A DNA stretch of 64,000 nt from an uncultured Ignavibacteriota bacterium (lineage in GTDB: Bacteria; Bacteroidota; Ignavibacteria; UBA10030; UBA8401). A program made the position numbers and the translations under genes. The notes beneath the pieces are model-generated. The model was not told where the DNA came from. It made no database searches and was given only the letters and a program-made list of their open reading frames with translations. Each line of letters starts with the position of its first letter. The stretch's first letter is position 1. Below are positions 56,562 to 64,000 of the stretch, piece after piece. The DNA lies in NCBI GenBank assembly GCA_903861125.1, contig CAIOTF010000003.1, positions 13,274 through 77,273 on the forward strand. The letters are read 5' to 3'.

Positions 56562-57428
56562 TTAAAATATTTCCGGAAAATGCGTTGATAGATATTCCTG
56601 AACAGAGGCGATATCGTTTCTGCTCGTAAGATCAGGAACATGTTCGGAAACGGGGATCAGAAGCACTTCATCGGGGAATCGCTCCGCCATCATTTTCACG
56701 GCGGTGGGAAGTTCTTTTTCCTGACGGAGAGGATGCGCCGGTATGCGTTCAAGTTCGGGAAGAATCCTGTCGTACGACAGGCGAAACACATTCATACTCA
56801 CCCCTACGCGGCCCTCGCTTTGTTCGATCTCCGCAACGGTCTCCGGCGATGGCTTTTCAATAAGGTCTGCAAGAAATCCTTCCGCACTCCGCCTGATCAC
56901 CGCATACTGTTCAGCGCGTGACCGTTCAAAGCGAAACGCATTCCTGTCATAATCTATCATTGCGCTCCGCAGCTCAGGGTCGCATAACCGGCGGAGAGAA
57001 TCGATCGAATACAGATTGTCGCTGTTGCATGTTGTAAAATATCCTCCCTGCCAGTCAGGCCGTGAACGGAGCGCATGAAGAAGAGCGTCTGCAGTGCCGG
57101 AAGGTTTCGTTCGCCCGGCCGGGACCGGCTGAACAGCATACGAAATTGTCAGTCCGCCGTACACATTGCCCCGTTCCAGCATTCCGTAACGATCGCGAAT
57201 GGAATTGTCTTTCTCGCCGACAACGATCACCACATCACGGTATCCTGCTATCTTCGCGTTGTACAGAAGATAATCAAGGAACGGACGCGCATTCGCGCCG
57301 ACACCGATCATTGCTTTGGATATCACCGCCGCTTCTTTCTGCAGCCGGTCATCGATCCCTTCGGCGGCGGATGATTTCATCCGCGAAGAGATACCGCCGG
57401 CGAGTATCACCAATCTCCCCGCACTCAT
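56562..57428 (-). CDS. sugar-phosphate nucleotidyltransferase
   Basis: N-terminal 'LVILAGGISSRMK' (NTP-transferase G-rich loop). The start overlaps the kinase stop as ATGA at 57425-57428. Confidence 0.65.
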   Translation of the reverse strand: MSAGRLVILAGGISSRMKSSAAEGIDDRLQKEAAVISKAMIGVGANARPFLDYLLYNAKIAGYRDVVIVVGEKDNSIRDRYGMLERGNVYGGLTISYAVQPVPAGRTKPSGTADALLHALRSRPDWQGGYFTTCNSDNLYSIDSLRRLCDPELRSAMIDYDRNAFRFERSRAEQYAVIRRSAEGFLADLIEKPSPETVAEIEQSEGRVGVSMNVFRLSYDRILPELERIPAHPLRQEKELPTAVKMMAERFPDEVLLIPVSEHVPDLTSRNDIASVQEYLSTHFPEIF

Positions 57429-58525
57429 AAACCACTCTCTAATAATTCTCTTCGGGTTCCGTTCTCCGTCATGACAACGTATGCTTTTCCCCCTACGCTG
57501 CGGATCGCATCGGCAACAGCGTTCGGATCATCCGGTGCGTAGGCGAACATGCAGCCGCCTCCCCCGGAACCGTTGATCTTTCCGCCGTATGCGCCGGCAT
57601 CGGTCGCCGCAGAAAGCATCCGGTCGATCTTCGGAGTGGAGATCTTCAGCGTATCACGCAGGATCGTTTGGTGTTCACTCAGCAGAGTGCCGATCGCCCG
57701 GTGATTGAGTTCCTTTTCCATCAGCATCGTCTTTGCACGCATTGTGATATCGCGGTTCGTCAATGTTCCGATGAGCAATTCACGTTGTTCGGCTGTCAGT
57801 TCAGCGGCATAGTGTTTGATCTCTTCCACCGAAGTATGCTGAAGTGAGAATCCGGGATGCACTGCTGCAAGTTTGTTCGAAACCGCAATGACCTGATCCT
57901 TCACTCTGGAAAGGATCGACTTCGTATCTTTCGGTTCCATGGAATCACCCAGAACGAATGTTCCCAGCTTAGGTTCCATTGTTTCAACCCGGACAGCAGG
58001 CGAGAATTCCAGAAAGATCACGCCGCCGATGGCTGTGGAAAAATGATCCATCATTCCGCCCGGTTCACCGAATTCCAACACCTCCGCTTCATGCGCATAC
58101 CGTGCAATTACATCGGGTGAAAGCTGATCCGCCTGGTCACTCATCGTTACAAGAAAATTGATCCATGTTACGATCAGCGCCGAAGAACTTGATGTGCCGG
58201 AATTGATCGGAATCGTTCCGCGGACAACACAGTCGAATCCCGACGAGAATGTATAACCATGCTTCCTCATCACATTGACGGTACTCCGGAAATAATCACG
58301 CTCCTTTACGTACGGAAGCACACCTTGAAGGGAGAACACTTCGTGTGAATGGATATCCGGTAAATCAAGATATACCTCACGATCCGTTCTGCGCGAACCG
58401 GATAGTGTGATGCGGAGGGAAATTGCACATGGTATCACCGGAAGTCCGAGATAGTCCTGATGCTCGCCGAAAAGACAGATTCTGCCCGGCGTGGAAAATG
58501 CAGCTGATTGAATGGAATGTTTCAT
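57425..58525 (-). CDS. GHMP-family sugar 1-kinase (galactokinase-like)
   Basis: Galactokinase signature 'PGRICLFGEHQDYLGLPVI', GHMP motif II 'PINSGTSSSSAL' and motif III 'NGSGGGGCMFAY'. Confidence 0.8.
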   Translation of the reverse strand: MKHSIQSAAFSTPGRICLFGEHQDYLGLPVIPCAISLRITLSGSRRTDREVYLDLPDIHSHEVFSLQGVLPYVKERDYFRSTVNVMRKHGYTFSSGFDCVVRGTIPINSGTSSSSALIVTWINFLVTMSDQADQLSPDVIARYAHEAEVLEFGEPGGMMDHFSTAIGGVIFLEFSPAVRVETMEPKLGTFVLGDSMEPKDTKSILSRVKDQVIAVSNKLAAVHPGFSLQHTSVEEIKHYAAELTAEQRELLIGTLTNRDITMRAKTMLMEKELNHRAIGTLLSEHQTILRDTLKISTPKIDRMLSAATDAGAYGGKINGSGGGGCMFAYAPDDPNAVADAIRSVGGKAYVVMTENGTRRELLESGL

Positions 58526-58571
58526 AGAAAATCTAAAAAATATATTTATGACTATCGTTTACTGCAAGGGT

Positions 58572-61500
58572 TTATCTTTGCTCTTTCACGATCAACAGCC
58601 ATCCCTTACTTTTCGGTACTTCAATGGTGTCCGCAATAACAAAGGTGCGCGCCGGTTGAAAGTTTTTGATCTCCGGCGCAGTAATCACCGCGTAAGCTGA
58701 ATCGATCCCCAATTTTTTCCAGTCGATCGTGAGCCGGATCTTCGCCGTTGTATCAGCCCAGCTTGCAATCGAGATTATTGCGGAACGTTCTTTCTTATAC
58801 ACTGTTGCTTTCACGCCGGGATTGCTTACAGTAACCGGACAATTGTTGCTCCAGTAACCGATCATCTCTGAGCCCTTCATGCCAAACGTATCCCACACTT
58901 TCCAGAGCGGTCTGGGATCGGCATTGTCGCTCCACGGCATCCGGTTCGTCATTCCGTAGATCATTCCTCGCCAGGCATTCCCGCCATCCTGCAGCATCTC
59001 TCCCATCAAACCGAACGGAATGCCGCTCACTTCTGTGAGAAAAAAATCCGGACCGTTCTTTTCGTAATCAAAATATTCGCCGAACCACAAGCGGTTCAGA
59101 TACGGGAAATGCTCCATATATAGATTTGCGCTGTTGTTGAATCCGTCATTCTTATTGTACTGATTTGCCGAATGCAGATCAACAATCCCCGGATGACCAT
59201 TCTGCGTCAGCACCCGTTTGATCCTCTTCATTGTCACACGATCGAACGCAACGTCATCAAGATAAATACCGTCGATGCCGACATGTGCCGCAAGCCAGTT
59301 CATTCCTTCAACGTAGTAGTTGTGCCACCGGCTCATACCGCTGTTCACCATAGCGGCATCCTTAATCTCCGGAACGAACCATGCGGCAATATAATCATCC
59401 CCCACGTGCTCCTGCAGCCAGCTGAATCCGCCCCCTTTGCCGGGCGAATAGATCTCATGGCCCAGACTTCGAAGCGCGAAGAGTTCGTACGAACGGTTGG
59501 AAAGTTCGCGAACCGTGTTATAGATCTTTACTTTCAGACCCTTGCCGTGTGCGGCATCAACATAGTTCTTCATCTTGCTCCATTCAATGAACGGATAATT
59601 GATCCACGGATTGATCGGCGTTGCATGATGGATATTCACAACGGAAGCCCCGGTCGCTTTAATCGTGTCGAGATCGTCATATTTGTGATAGAACCGGGTA
59701 TCCCATTGAAAATCAGTTTGCAGCGTATGGAACGGTGTGATGAGCATCGTGATGTTATAATAGAGCGTATCACCTTTCTTCATCGTTCTGCTTCCGCTGT
59801 AGGCGTTCACCAGCACCGATTTCCCTTTTTGAAAGATATCAATTCCCCCTTTGTTTCCGTTCCCCCAAGACGAAGGAAGCAGAAGCGGTTTCTGCAAATA
59901 AAAATTTGTGTTGAGAGGTCGAACATACTGTTCATCTCTGAGCGAAAACTGCAGTCCCGCATTCACCGAGCCGATCCACGCACCGTCCTGATTCTTTGTA
60001 GCCACATTCCACTTCCATCGAACGGTGTCCGGACGGTTTCCTCCCTTCAATCCCAGTCCCATCGCATACTCCGCCGCAGCCGGCTGCAGAGGAATATGGA
60101 AATTGATCTCCTTGAATGAGACATCGTGCAGCGCCGTTATCCGGACGGAGTATGAAAGAAAACCATCAAACTCAAGCGTTGCATGCAGATCCATCCGTAG
60201 TGCTTCGGATGTATTCTCCGTCTGCCACGAAACTGTTCCCGGTTCTTTCCTCGTAAACGTTACACCGTTTCCGGTCCAGTGAAGCGGCTGACCGCCGGCG
60301 TCATCATAAAAATGGAAGTGCATCGATTCCTTCAACAGATTGTTCGGCTGACTGGAAAGCGAGGTCATCTCCTGCGTGAAGAATGTTTGTATCTGCGATG
60401 GAAAACCATCATTATGCAGCACTAATTTTCTTCCGAGCAGAGCAATGACGGAATCCTTCACTTCAAGCGGAGTGTACGGAGCGATAACAGTGTTTTCCTG
60501 CGCCAGAGTGGAATTGAGCCAGCGGAGTCGCGTCATGCTCTCGGGTTTGCCGATTCCTCCTTCTTGCGCCACAGTATTGCTTACAAAAAGACGGATGGAT
60601 ATTTCCTTCTGCTGTGTTCCTTTAGCAGATATTTTTACATTCCCGACATATATTCCGGATGGAATATTTTCCGGCACGTCTACTCCGCACCACAACGCCT
60701 GAATAGTTCCCCGGTCGACATTCAAATGTGTGTGAAAAGGAACGCCCGTGTACGAAACACCCTCTGTGTTGAAGCATGAGATATTCTTTGAAGAAATGAC
60801 ACCGCCATTCTTCCCCTTCAAATCGGTGAATGTCAGATTCACCTCTTCCAGATTTTGCAGCGCATAGATGCCTAATTGATATGTAAAGAACTCGCCGCAC
60901 TGAACACTGTCGGCAAACCTGTCCCGTGCTTCTTTTTGAATCCACCGCAGCGGAAGATCGTGCTTCATTCGTATTGAATGAAAACGGTCTTCCGGAAAAA
61001 TAATGAACGGTTTACCGCTGTATTTTTTGATGAGTGATGCGGTCTCTGTTTCTGTTGCAATTATTTCCATCGGATAAAAACTATTGAACGGATCGATTGC
61101 CTGATATTCTTCCGCCACAGCCGTAGGCATTACCGGAATGGAACCGAGAAGACCAAGCCACCCGGCGGAGGCTGTTGTATCAGGCGTGCGATAGACACCT
61201 TTTGGATAGTTCGAGCGTCCCTCATTTTTATAAAGCACATAATAGACAAAATACTCGCCTGCTCCGGAGACCGGTTCGAACAGCAGTTCTCCGGATTCCC
61301 GGCTCACCGCTTTACGCAGAACATTCATAACACGCTGACCGGTTAGGGCATCAACGATGATCAAACCTTTCAGTTCCGGATGTTCATCCCTTCTCCGCCA
61401 AGGGATAACCACACGCGCAGCGCGGTGATCCTTGCCGTATTCCTTTACGGAAAGCCTGACAACAATACGATGGTTTCCAAGTGAATCGGCATTCCAGGAA

Positions 61501-61598
61501 TTATTTCCGTCAGCATATTTCAGTTCTGCCGCACTTGCGGATAATGTACATACCGAAAAAAGAAAAATAAATGCGATACATCTGAATGTAAGATTCAT
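58572..61598 (-). CDS. large secreted protein with putative glycoside-hydrolase-like TIM-barrel domain (family unassigned; possibly GH123/DUF4091-like)
   Basis: 1008 aa with a signal peptide. The C-terminal half has TIM-barrel GH-like features ('KGLKVKIYNTVRELS', 'GIDGIYLDDVAFD'). The family assignment is from memory only. Confidence 0.4.
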   Translation of the reverse strand: MNLTFRCIAFIFLFSVCTLSASAAELKYADGNNSWNADSLGNHRIVVRLSVKEYGKDHRAARVVIPWRRRDEHPELKGLIIVDALTGQRVMNVLRKAVSRESGELLFEPVSGAGEYFVYYVLYKNEGRSNYPKGVYRTPDTTASAGWLGLLGSIPVMPTAVAEEYQAIDPFNSFYPMEIIATETETASLIKKYSGKPFIIFPEDRFHSIRMKHDLPLRWIQKEARDRFADSVQCGEFFTYQLGIYALQNLEEVNLTFTDLKGKNGGVISSKNISCFNTEGVSYTGVPFHTHLNVDRGTIQALWCGVDVPENIPSGIYVGNVKISAKGTQQKEISIRLFVSNTVAQEGGIGKPESMTRLRWLNSTLAQENTVIAPYTPLEVKDSVIALLGRKLVLHNDGFPSQIQTFFTQEMTSLSSQPNNLLKESMHFHFYDDAGGQPLHWTGNGVTFTRKEPGTVSWQTENTSEALRMDLHATLEFDGFLSYSVRITALHDVSFKEINFHIPLQPAAAEYAMGLGLKGGNRPDTVRWKWNVATKNQDGAWIGSVNAGLQFSLRDEQYVRPLNTNFYLQKPLLLPSSWGNGNKGGIDIFQKGKSVLVNAYSGSRTMKKGDTLYYNITMLITPFHTLQTDFQWDTRFYHKYDDLDTIKATGASVVNIHHATPINPWINYPFIEWSKMKNYVDAAHGKGLKVKIYNTVRELSNRSYELFALRSLGHEIYSPGKGGGFSWLQEHVGDDYIAAWFVPEIKDAAMVNSGMSRWHNYYVEGMNWLAAHVGIDGIYLDDVAFDRVTMKRIKRVLTQNGHPGIVDLHSANQYNKNDGFNNSANLYMEHFPYLNRLWFGEYFDYEKNGPDFFLTEVSGIPFGLMGEMLQDGGNAWRGMIYGMTNRMPWSDNADPRPLWKVWDTFGMKGSEMIGYWSNNCPVTVSNPGVKATVYKKERSAIISIASWADTTAKIRLTIDWKKLGIDSAYAVITAPEIKNFQPARTFVIADTIEVPKSKGWLLIVKEQR

Positions 61599-61601
61599 AG
61601 A

Positions 61602-62912
61602 TTATTCCAATGTCATAAAATCTATCGAGGGCGGCGGATTGGTTACCGTCCGGGAAAAAATTGTGCGGAATATGGTTTGCTGATTGAAAAATCCGCAGTT
61701 GCGGAGAAAAAAATTTGTCCCGGTTGACCCGCCTTCATAATCCAAACGGTATCCTTTTTGTGCGGTGGCATCGGCCGTGAAGGTAACTGCAGAAAGAGGT
61801 TTCCATTCACCGCGTGCATTGCGGATCCATTGATTTCCGTACAATGCTTGTCGTGTGATCCAGCCGGTGTTTGGCTCGAAATTCTCCAAAAAGGAATGCA
61901 GACGGGTCAGATATGTTCTTGTTGCCGGACGGCTGAACGATGCTATGAGCATCCACCGTTTCTGTTCGGGTGCAAAGAAATACGCTGTGAAAAATGTATG
62001 TTCATCTTTTAGCGGCTCTGCGTGAAGCAGGAACTGGTAGGTTGCATCGGACTTCCATGGATAGGCCAGATAACTTTGTCCTCCGGATCCTTCATTCCCA
62101 AATTCGCCGGTATGAACATCCTTTCCTTTTTTGATCAGCAGTATCTTTTTATCATCCGGAACTGATGCCGGATCGTCGGTTCGATACGGACTCCAGACGG
62201 AAAAAAGAACGCGCCGTTCGGACGATGAGTTTACCTGTATACCGAAATATCCCTCTTTAAATCCATTTGCCATGAAATAGGAACCGGTCACATCGTTCCC
62301 TGCCGGTACGGTGATCTCGCTGTAGAACCATTCGGCATCATTACCAACTCCGGAGGAATCAAAATTGAGATGAACGGAGGGACCCCGCCGTCCCCAGTAA
62401 AAATAATTTCCCTCGTTATTTTTTACGAACACAGTATTTCGGCCGGCAGCACTCCCCGATATCCTTAATTCGCTGATTTCAGCAAAAAGAGGACCGCTTC
62501 TGCTGATTCCATTCATATCGATCCGGACGTATCCGGTATCTTTCATTCTCCAGCTGCCAAGAAAATATTCTTTCCATTCAGTTCCGCTTACCGTCGCTTC
62601 TGCCGGAACTGAATTGATACTGCACCGGATCTTGCTTTGTCCCTGCGGCACGCGCACCACTGCGGAAACATTCAGCGTTCCCGTGGCACGGAGTTTTACG
62701 AACGTGCTGAAAACCGCCTGTGAATTATTCCACCCTTTCAAGCCATCGTCGGTCACTTCTTCCGATCCGTCCGGGAGAGAGTGCGTAACCCACGAATTTC
62801 CGCCCAACGGAACAGCGATCACCGTTGAATCCACTAACGGTACGATTGCCCGATGATTATCATCACCGGCGAATAATTCCAGGGCGATCATTATTGCAAG
62901 GAGTACGAACAT
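61602..62912 (-). CDS. secreted protein of unknown function (possibly DUF5077/DUF3472-like)
   Basis: 436 aa with a signal-like N-terminus. 'GYFGIQVNSSSERRVLFSVWSP' and 'GEFGNEGSGGQS' recall DUF3472-type proteins. Its stop lies 3 nt from the next gene's start. Confidence 0.35.
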   Translation of the reverse strand: MFVLLAIMIALELFAGDDNHRAIVPLVDSTVIAVPLGGNSWVTHSLPDGSEEVTDDGLKGWNNSQAVFSTFVKLRATGTLNVSAVVRVPQGQSKIRCSINSVPAEATVSGTEWKEYFLGSWRMKDTGYVRIDMNGISRSGPLFAEISELRISGSAAGRNTVFVKNNEGNYFYWGRRGPSVHLNFDSSGVGNDAEWFYSEITVPAGNDVTGSYFMANGFKEGYFGIQVNSSSERRVLFSVWSPYRTDDPASVPDDKKILLIKKGKDVHTGEFGNEGSGGQSYLAYPWKSDATYQFLLHAEPLKDEHTFFTAYFFAPEQKRWMLIASFSRPATRTYLTRLHSFLENFEPNTGWITRQALYGNQWIRNARGEWKPLSAVTFTADATAQKGYRLDYEGGSTGTNFFLRNCGFFNQQTIFRTIFSRTVTNPPPSIDFMTLE

Positions 62913-63039
62913 TCAGTCATCCATAATTTATTCTGCGGAGCGGCATCAGCGGATAAATAATTTCGAAGTGTGCTTTGAACGATGCATGGCGCAGTCAATA
63001 GTATCATTTGTAGTTATCATTGTAATGATCATAACACAA

Positions 63040-63426
63040 TCAGGATAAAATATGTTTTTGGAAAAGAATTCCTGCACTCGCGCATCCTTTTTCAATCACT
63101 TCCAAATAGGAAATAACATTCGGATCTATGTCCGGAGAGACGGTATAGTAATCCACTTCGGTAATATTTTTTTCTTGAAGCTGCTGCTGAACAACTTCGA
63201 TCAGGCGGGGAATTTCATTCGAGACAAGCAAATGGTCGTACCACGGCAGAGGGTAATCACCATCAATAAATCCGTATTCTCCCGAGAGTATGCAGAAATG
63301 AAGGCCTTGTTGCTCCGCGCTTTTGTGCAGCCTGTCTATCCGGCCACTCACATATCGTCTGACTGCGGGGAGCAGCCCTGCGTTGCGCACTTTGTTTGCC
63401 GAACAGTATGTACAGATGGCTTTCAA
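63040..63426 (-). CDS. hypothetical protein (DUF6884-like pattern)
   Basis: 128 aa. The 'ICTYCSANK...LPAVRRYVS.......FCILSGEYGFIDGDYPLPWYDHLL' pattern suggests this family, but recognition is weak. Confidence 0.3.
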   Translation of the reverse strand: MKAICTYCSANKVRNAGLLPAVRRYVSGRIDRLHKSAEQQGLHFCILSGEYGFIDGDYPLPWYDHLLVSNEIPRLIEVVQQQLQEKNITEVDYYTVSPDIDPNVISYLEVIEKGCASAGILFQKHILS

Positions 63427-63499
63427 ATATTCTGATCGTGATCAAGATGTATTTTTACAGAAATCCGGCACCGCATCCGCAATAACATGCATGAACACG

Positions 63500-64000
63500 T
63501 TACATCTTCGGTTTATTCTGCATATCCTTTACGTATTTCGGAAAATATTTTTCCACACAATCCGGACACAGACCGTGAGAGAACTTCGCATCGGAATGTC
63601 TCTGCACATACGATTCCACCTGCTCCCAATACCCTTTATCGTCTCTTACCTTCTTGCAGTCGGAACAAATCGGCACGATGCCTTTCAATGTCTTGATCTG
63701 TTCAAGAGCCCCCTGCAGTTCCGTGATCATCCGTTCGCGCTCCGTTTCAGCCAATTTGCGTTCGGTAATATCCCTGTTGCTTACGCGTCTTCCTAAATAT
63801 TCCCTCTGCTCATTAAAAATCGGTCTACACAGATGATACATGTGCAGAATTGCTCCATCTTTCCGGATCACTCTGAATTCCAATTCACAGATTTCATTCC
63901 TATGCTCGTCCACCAACACGCTGTTCTTGTGCTGATCAAAAAGAGCGGCATCATCGGGATGAACAATTGTTTTCAGCAATGCCGGATCCGAAATAAATTC
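63500..64000 (-). CDS. PAS-domain sensor protein with C-terminal four-Cys module (partial; N-terminus off the right edge)
   Basis: The frame stays open to nt 64000 (..FISDPALLKTIVHPDD). PAS-like 'ELEFRVIRKDGAILHMYHL' is followed by a coiled linker and then 'ICSDCKKVRDDKGYWEQVESYVQRHSDAKFSHGLCPDCVEKY'. Confidence 0.6.
   Translation of the reverse strand, partial: EFISDPALLKTIVHPDDAALFDQHKNSVLVDEHRNEICELEFRVIRKDGAILHMYHLCRPIFNEQREYLGRRVSNRDITERKLAETERERMITELQGALEQIKTLKGIVPICSDCKKVRDDKGYWEQVESYVQRHSDAKFSHGLCPDCVEKYFPKYVKDMQNKPKM

Noticed and set aside
59172-60119. 315-aa plus-strand ORF. The same applies to similar long antisense ORFs at 4918..5523, 19980..20516, 37267..37929, 50700..51203, 53914..54465, 10698..11114 and 6674..7108.
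   Set aside because: Each lies entirely antisense within a longer ORF that carries clear family motifs. Their translations are Arg/Ser/Cys/His-rich with no recognisable motifs, so they are shadow ORFs.

Overview
Densely coding 64-kb chromosomal window with no rRNA, tRNA, CRISPR array, transposase or integrase that I could see. It most likely comes from an FCB-group bacterium (Ignavibacteriota/Bacteroidota-like). The evidence is five proteins ending in the T9SS-type 'NYPNPFNPST..' C-terminal sorting domain plus one divergent variant, a short 285-aa primary sigma factor, and a CarboxypepD_reg-type TonB receptor with no SusD partner.

nt 1-38,900 is one bidirectional glycan-utilisation supercluster.
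- A minus-strand operon (17908->1) encodes a T9SS cargo protein, a TonB-dependent receptor, a 689-aa CTD-bearing protein, a PorV-like barrel, two small barrels, three tandem GHL10 glycosidase-like paralogues, an HGSNAT-like membrane acetyltransferase and a secreted repeat protein.
- A divergent plus-strand operon (18121->34329) encodes a permease, an orphan HyuA-like ATPase, two FAD_oxidored-type proteins flanking NanE, a phosphohexomutase, a large-cap HAD, GH38, a GH94 phosphorylase and a secreted NAGPA-like phosphodiester glycosidase.
- These are followed by an SGNH esterase and a Y_Y_Y-propeller histidine kinase with a LuxR-type response regulator.

The rest of the window holds a ROK kinase, rpoD, an arylsulfotransferase-like T9SS protein, GH5, a SulP-STAS-cNMP transporter, a glutamine synthetase homologue and a secreted Cys/His/Met-rich tandem-repeat protein. 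It also holds a lipid-kinase trio, a second operon (DUF3472-like, 1008-aa GH-like, GHMP sugar kinase, nucleotidyltransferase) and a PAS protein with a four-Cys tail.

The best candidate for an undescribed system is the SusD-less receptor module (TBDR + CTD protein + PorV-like barrel + two small barrels). Next is the HyuA-like/FAD/NanE block. All functional calls come from motif recognition by eye and need profile-HMM confirmation.
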